NCBI GenBank assembly: GCA_005223125.1 | Contig: NJBH01000042.1 | Location: forward strand, 1 to 29,054 | Length of the DNA stretch: 29,054 nucleotides | Origin: Promethearchaeota archaeon Loki_b32 | GTDB taxonomy: Archaea; Asgardarchaeota; Lokiarchaeia; Sigyniarchaeales; SOKP01 | Reading direction: 5' to 3' | In this document: piece after piece, positions 25,197-29,054 of the stretch | How the letters are laid out: each line of letters begins with the position of its first letter | Position numbering within the stretch: the first letter of the stretch is position 1 | Program-made: the position numbers and the translations under genes | The notes under the pieces: model-generated | Told to the model about the DNA's origin: nothing | The model's input: the letters and a program-made list of their open reading frames with translations, nothing else | Databases searched by the model: none

Positions 25197-26459
25197 ATGT
25201 CAATAACAATTGAAGATGACTTAAGCAACGATATTATAGATGATAGATCAAAGAGAATCGCTTCAATAGATTTTGTTAAAGGATTTGCTATAGTGTGGAT
25301 AATTTTAGCTCATTCTGCTCTTTTTTGGCTTGATAGCGATTGGAGATATATATATGGACTTCTTTTTGCATTTATGGATGTTCTTGGACCTTCTTTATTC
25401 GTTTTCCTTTCTGCCCTTAGTGTTATCTTCAGTGTTAGAAGAAAAAAAGGAGTTTTGCCAGAAAAAGTAATTCGTAATGGGATCTTGACTAGAGGGTTAG
25501 TGATTATAGTATTAGGGGTAATTTTCAATCCAATGTCATTACTGACTGCAGGAGAAGTGGTTTCCTTCCCTGCAAATTTATGGGGTTGGAATATATTTAT
25601 GTTTATTGGATTTTCTCAGATATTTTCCTACTATGTGTTAAAATTTAATAAGATCATGCGCGCTGTGATTGGTACAATCATTATTTACTTCTCTCCTTGG
25701 GTTAGACAAATACTCTATGAAGGGAAAGAAGCCGGAAATTTAATATTGGCTTTTTTGCATTTTATTATATCCTCACCTCTTCCACAAGTACCAATTTTAC
25801 CGTACCTAGCAATTTGCTTTATATCGACAATATTTGGTGATTATCTTTTTGATGCTATGATAAAAGGAACCAAAGAAGCCTATTATAAGTTATACCGAAA
25901 ATTTTTGATTTATGGAATAATTTTGGTAATTGTAGGAATTTTTCTTGTTGTTCCAAGCAGTGTTTCATTTGATCTATGGGAACCAGGGTGGTTATTTCAA
26001 AATGAATTTGATCCAATTTTATACCCAAACGGAATTATAAAATCTGAATATTTACATATTGATCTATTACGTATCGCTAATCAACAAGATTATGCTTATC
26101 TACCAGGAATGCCTATTTTTCTGATACGATGTACTGCACAAAATATGTTCTACAATCTTGGTGTGGCTTTTTTGTTTATTGCGGTATGTTTTTATTTTAT
26201 TGATATAAAAAAAAAATCCAACGATGTCATAAAATTAATTATTTTTTACGGAAAAACAAGTCTCTCGCTTTTTATAATTCAATTTTTATTTCTTCCATTA
26301 TATATGGGTCAATTCCCGATTACTTTTTATCCTGTCTGGGGTTTAGGATATTGTGGTTTTCTAGGTTTACTTATGTATATTTGGCTGAAATATTTTAATG
26401 GTGTTGGAACACCCGAATGGGTAATGAGAAAAATTGGAAGTAGTGGACCAAGAAAGTAA
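25197..26459 (+). CDS. DUF1624 / HGSNAT-like transmembrane acyltransferase (paralog 2)
   Basis: KRIASIDFVKGFAIVWIILAH, GPSLFVFLSALSVIFS (identical to paralog 1) and YGKTSLSLF. Confidence 0.82.
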   Translation: MSITIEDDLSNDIIDDRSKRIASIDFVKGFAIVWIILAHSALFWLDSDWRYIYGLLFAFMDVLGPSLFVFLSALSVIFSVRRKKGVLPEKVIRNGILTRGLVIIVLGVIFNPMSLLTAGEVVSFPANLWGWNIFMFIGFSQIFSYYVLKFNKIMRAVIGTIIIYFSPWVRQILYEGKEAGNLILAFLHFIISSPLPQVPILPYLAICFISTIFGDYLFDAMIKGTKEAYYKLYRKFLIYGIILVIVGIFLVVPSSVSFDLWEPGWLFQNEFDPILYPNGIIKSEYLHIDLLRIANQQDYAYLPGMPIFLIRCTAQNMFYNLGVAFLFIAVCFYFIDIKKKSNDVIKLIIFYGKTSLSLFIIQFLFLPLYMGQFPITFYPVWGLGYCGFLGLLMYIWLKYFNGVGTPEWVMRKIGSSGPRK

Positions 26460-26670
26460 AAGTCTTGAAACGTACCTCATTTAGAGGATTTTTAAAAATA
26501 ATTAAGCTTTATTATAAACATATAAATATCTTTAAAAGATAATATGAAATAATAAGCAATGAAATAATTAATATTATAATTTGTTTAAGATAATTCAATT
26601 AACATAAAAATTAATTAATTAAATTGTAAAAAGATACTCTAAATATTTATTTCTTACGAGGAAATTAAAG

Positions 26671-27192
26671 ATGAGCCCAGAATCTCAATATAAATTTAAA
26701 ATTACTCTTTTCGGGCCGGGAGGTGTAGGTAAAACTTCCTTATTGTTACGTTACATAAAAGATTATTTTAGTAATGATTTAAAAAAAACGATAGGGAGCA
26801 ATTTTTTAATAAAAGATGTGGAACTAGATGGAAAGTCTATCCGTCTACTTTTATGGGATATTGGGGGCCAACCTCAATTTCATAAGCTAAGAACTATATA
26901 TTTTAAAGGGAGTAATGCCGCACTTGGTGTTTTTGATTTATCATCTAGCCAAACTCTTCTAAAAATTCCTGGTTGGATCAGTTCTATTAAAAAAACAGTA
27001 AAAAAAACTATACCCATGGTACTTATAGGAAATAAAGCTGATTTAGAAAGAGAAGTTGACCGATTAGAGGCAGAAGATTTGGCTAAGAGACTAAATTGTG
27101 AATATATGGAAACATCTGCTAAAACGGGTGAAAATGTAGAATTAGTTTTTGAAAAAATTGCAAAGGCATGCCTTGAGGATTTAACTGAATAA
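26671..27192 (+). CDS. Rab-like small GTPase (Ras superfamily)
   Basis: G1 GPGGVGKT, G2 TIG, G3 WDIGGQ, G4 NKAD and G5 ETSAK; no C-terminal prenylation motif. Confidence 0.95.
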   Translation: MSPESQYKFKITLFGPGGVGKTSLLLRYIKDYFSNDLKKTIGSNFLIKDVELDGKSIRLLLWDIGGQPQFHKLRTIYFKGSNAALGVFDLSSSQTLLKIPGWISSIKKTVKKTIPMVLIGNKADLEREVDRLEAEDLAKRLNCEYMETSAKTGENVELVFEKIAKACLEDLTE

Positions 27193-27216
27193 TGAAATAA
27201 ATGTATAAAAATTTTT

Positions 27217-27834
27217 TTATATAAGCTTTAACTTTTTTAACTCTTCAATAAGTTCATCCGTATTTGTGTATTTTATGCTAACAATTCCTAATTCACTAGC
27301 TGAGCGTACGTTATTTAAACCATCATCAATAAATGCAATTTCTTCTGGTTTACAACCAGCTTTTTGAATTGTATATTTAAAAATTTTAGGATCGGGTTTA
27401 GTTAGATGAACTTCATGTGAAAGGATTAATTCATCGAAATAATCTATGAAATCCCATTCTTTTTTTAAAATAAAATCCCAATGGCTCGAATTCAAATTGG
27501 ATAAAGCTAAAAGTTTATATCGATTATTATCTCGTATTTTTCTTATTAGTTCAACTACTTCTGAATTAACACCGGAAATAATACTATTAAATGCATCAAA
27601 AAATTCAGATTGGTTTAACATACAAACTTGAAGAAGATCACATGCTAGTTGATAAAATTCATCACCAGACATATTTCCTTGATGGTATATATCAGATTGT
27701 CTAAAAAATTCCAACATAATCGGAGTTTGAGGTTTGTTTAAAGGCGATTGAGTTATAATCTTATTATAAAAATTTGAGAAATCTAAATCTATAACAACTC
27801 CGCCTAAATCAAATACAATTGTTTTAATTATCAT
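27217..27834 (-). CDS. HAD-superfamily phosphatase (YihX-like)
   Basis: FDLGGV, LSN, KPDPKIF, FIDD..NV. Confidence 0.92.
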   Translation of the reverse strand: MIIKTIVFDLGGVVIDLDFSNFYNKIITQSPLNKPQTPIMLEFFRQSDIYHQGNMSGDEFYQLACDLLQVCMLNQSEFFDAFNSIISGVNSEVVELIRKIRDNNRYKLLALSNLNSSHWDFILKKEWDFIDYFDELILSHEVHLTKPDPKIFKYTIQKAGCKPEEIAFIDDGLNNVRSASELGIVSIKYTNTDELIEELKKLKLI

Positions 27835-27846
27835 AAAAAATAAAGA

Positions 27847-29054
27847 TTATTTTCGAAAATAAATTCTTTTACTGAAATTTCTAAATGGTATTGGTAATTT
27901 ATATTTTGGGAAATTTCGTGTATCTTCTTCAAGTAATTCTAACAGTTTATCTAACTTGACATCATTTAATTGTTCACATGTTTGCTTTTTTGGACCAAAA
28001 GGCTTGCCTATCAATCTTTTTCGAATAGAGATTGATTGATTTTGTAGTTCCTTCTTACCGATTACTACAGTATATGGTATCCATTCTATCTCAGATTGTC
28101 TTATTTTTTTCCCAACAGTTTCTTCACGATCATCAAAATCCGCTCTGAATTCTTCGCTATTGAGGATACTAAGAATCTTTTTTGCATATTCATTCTGATC
28201 ATCACTTACCGTTATAATTCGCACTTGTATTGGAGATATCCATGTTTTGAACCCTGGAACTAATTTATCCTTATTTCGAATTGATGATTCAATCAAACCC
28301 CATAATACTCTCTCTAATCCTCCAGTTGGAGAATTATGAAGTATTATCGGATGTTTTATTTGACCATCAGTATCTGTGAAGGATATATTGTATTTTTGCC
28401 TTTTTACACCATCGTTATCCACTAAAAAATCCAAAGAACTCTCTACATCTATTTGATTCGTTGCTAAAGTTGCACTTTTGTCTTGAGCAGAAAGTACATT
28501 TCTTTCTAATTTCAATATATAATAATAATATCTATCTTCCCAAATTTCTAATAAAGCAGGATGATTTTCAGATTTGATTAAATCAATAATCCATTTCTTA
28601 TTTTCATCGTAGAACTCTTGTGTAACTCTAAAAATAACAAAGCTTTTTATCCCTAAGTCATTTTCTAGATTTTTTATTAATTGGTATTGTTTTATAAACT
28701 CATCAATTGATAATTCTAGATCTTTACATAGAGTATGAAGATCAGGCATAATAAAACCTCGTAATCTTCTTAATCCTGATAATTCACCTTCTTGTTCTCT
28801 TCGAAAGTCATACTGTTCGAATTCGTAAGCACGTAATGGAAAATAATGAGGTTTCAAATTCATTTGAGAAAATAAATCGAAAAGTAGAAAATCACTTGCA
28901 TATCTTAAAAGGTATCTATCTTTTCCGGATTCAACCCAATAACTTCTTGCCGGAAATCGAGCAGTTTGAGCAGTTAATTTCTTATTTTTTACAGTGTACA
29001 TGATTGGGGTCTCTATAAGTATAGCTCCATAATCTATTAGCCTATCTTCAACGA
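27847..29054 (-). CDS. thrS: Threonyl-tRNA synthetase, archaeal type (partial; continues beyond window)
   Basis: The frame is open to the window edge (VEDRLIDYGAILIETPIMY...). Motifs FRREQEGELSGLRRLRGFIMPDLH, ILHNSPTGGLER, WISPIQVR and DDREETVGKKIR. Confidence 0.95.
   Translation of the reverse strand, partial: VEDRLIDYGAILIETPIMYTVKNKKLTAQTARFPARSYWVESGKDRYLLRYASDFLLFDLFSQMNLKPHYFPLRAYEFEQYDFRREQEGELSGLRRLRGFIMPDLHTLCKDLELSIDEFIKQYQLIKNLENDLGIKSFVIFRVTQEFYDENKKWIIDLIKSENHPALLEIWEDRYYYYILKLERNVLSAQDKSATLATNQIDVESSLDFLVDNDGVKRQKYNISFTDTDGQIKHPIILHNSPTGGLERVLWGLIESSIRNKDKLVPGFKTWISPIQVRIITVSDDQNEYAKKILSILNSEEFRADFDDREETVGKKIRQSEIEWIPYTVVIGKKELQNQSISIRKRLIGKPFGPKKQTCEQLNDVKLDKLLELLEEDTRNFPKYKLPIPFRNFSKRIYFRK

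Noticed and set aside
26460-26670. AT palindromes upstream of the GTPase (TATCTTTAAAAGATA, TTAATTAATTAA)
   Set aside because: Low-complexity AT sequence, not distinguishable from chance or TATA elements.
5317-27192. ICMT plus Rab-like GTPase as a prenylation system
   Set aside because: The GTPase has no CAAX/CC tail, the ICMT-like gene looks broken and is of the widespread prokaryotic type, and the two lie 21 kb apart.
1717-27631. Short antisense or overlapping ORFs in the track (1717-1995, 2554-2751, 8577-8798, 10069-10332, 11627-11830, 12570-12770, 12703-12939, 13223-13510, 13938-14180, 14581-14766, 17301-17519, 22494-22691, 23021-23209, 25310-25528, 27446-27631)
   Set aside because: They are shadows of well-supported genes on the opposite strand and have no recognisable motifs.
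1-29054. CRISPR arrays, rRNA or tRNA genes
   Set aside because: No regularly spaced repeats or GC-rich stable-RNA signatures were seen.

Overview
Low-GC archaeal chromosomal segment, most likely an Asgard archaeon (Lokiarchaeia-like). This is inferred from archaeal-type Pth2, TruD, AspRS, MetAP2, Alba, dephospho-CoA kinase and ThrRS occurring alongside a Rab-like small GTPase, an Rpn11/CSN5-like JAMM protein and a VTT-domain protein. Most of the window is housekeeping genes and membrane proteins. Four things stand out. (1) An ORF-free element of about 390 nt (9484-9874) has a 10-bp terminal helix, many nested helices, an archaeal BRE/TATA at the right spacing on the minus strand and a U10 tail. 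It is a candidate large structured ncRNA that does not match tRNA, SRP or RNase P motifs. (2) A diverged ~520-bp direct repeat (3189-3709 / 5959-6478) of the DNA-methyltransferase/aspS divergent promoter region shows reciprocal truncation and brackets a 2.2-kb insert of gene fragments plus an aminopeptidase. All differences in the aspS relic fall at third codon positions, which points to recombination with DNA from a relative. (3) The ORF track missed or truncated two genes: a 56-aa CxxC/CxxC protein behind a divergent Alba, and a wHTH-membrane protein that apparently starts at ATT. (4) An acyltransferase-GT87-acyltransferase triplet may make a GPI/PIM-like acylated glycolipid or surface glycan. 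All alignments and counts were done by eye; no database searches were run.
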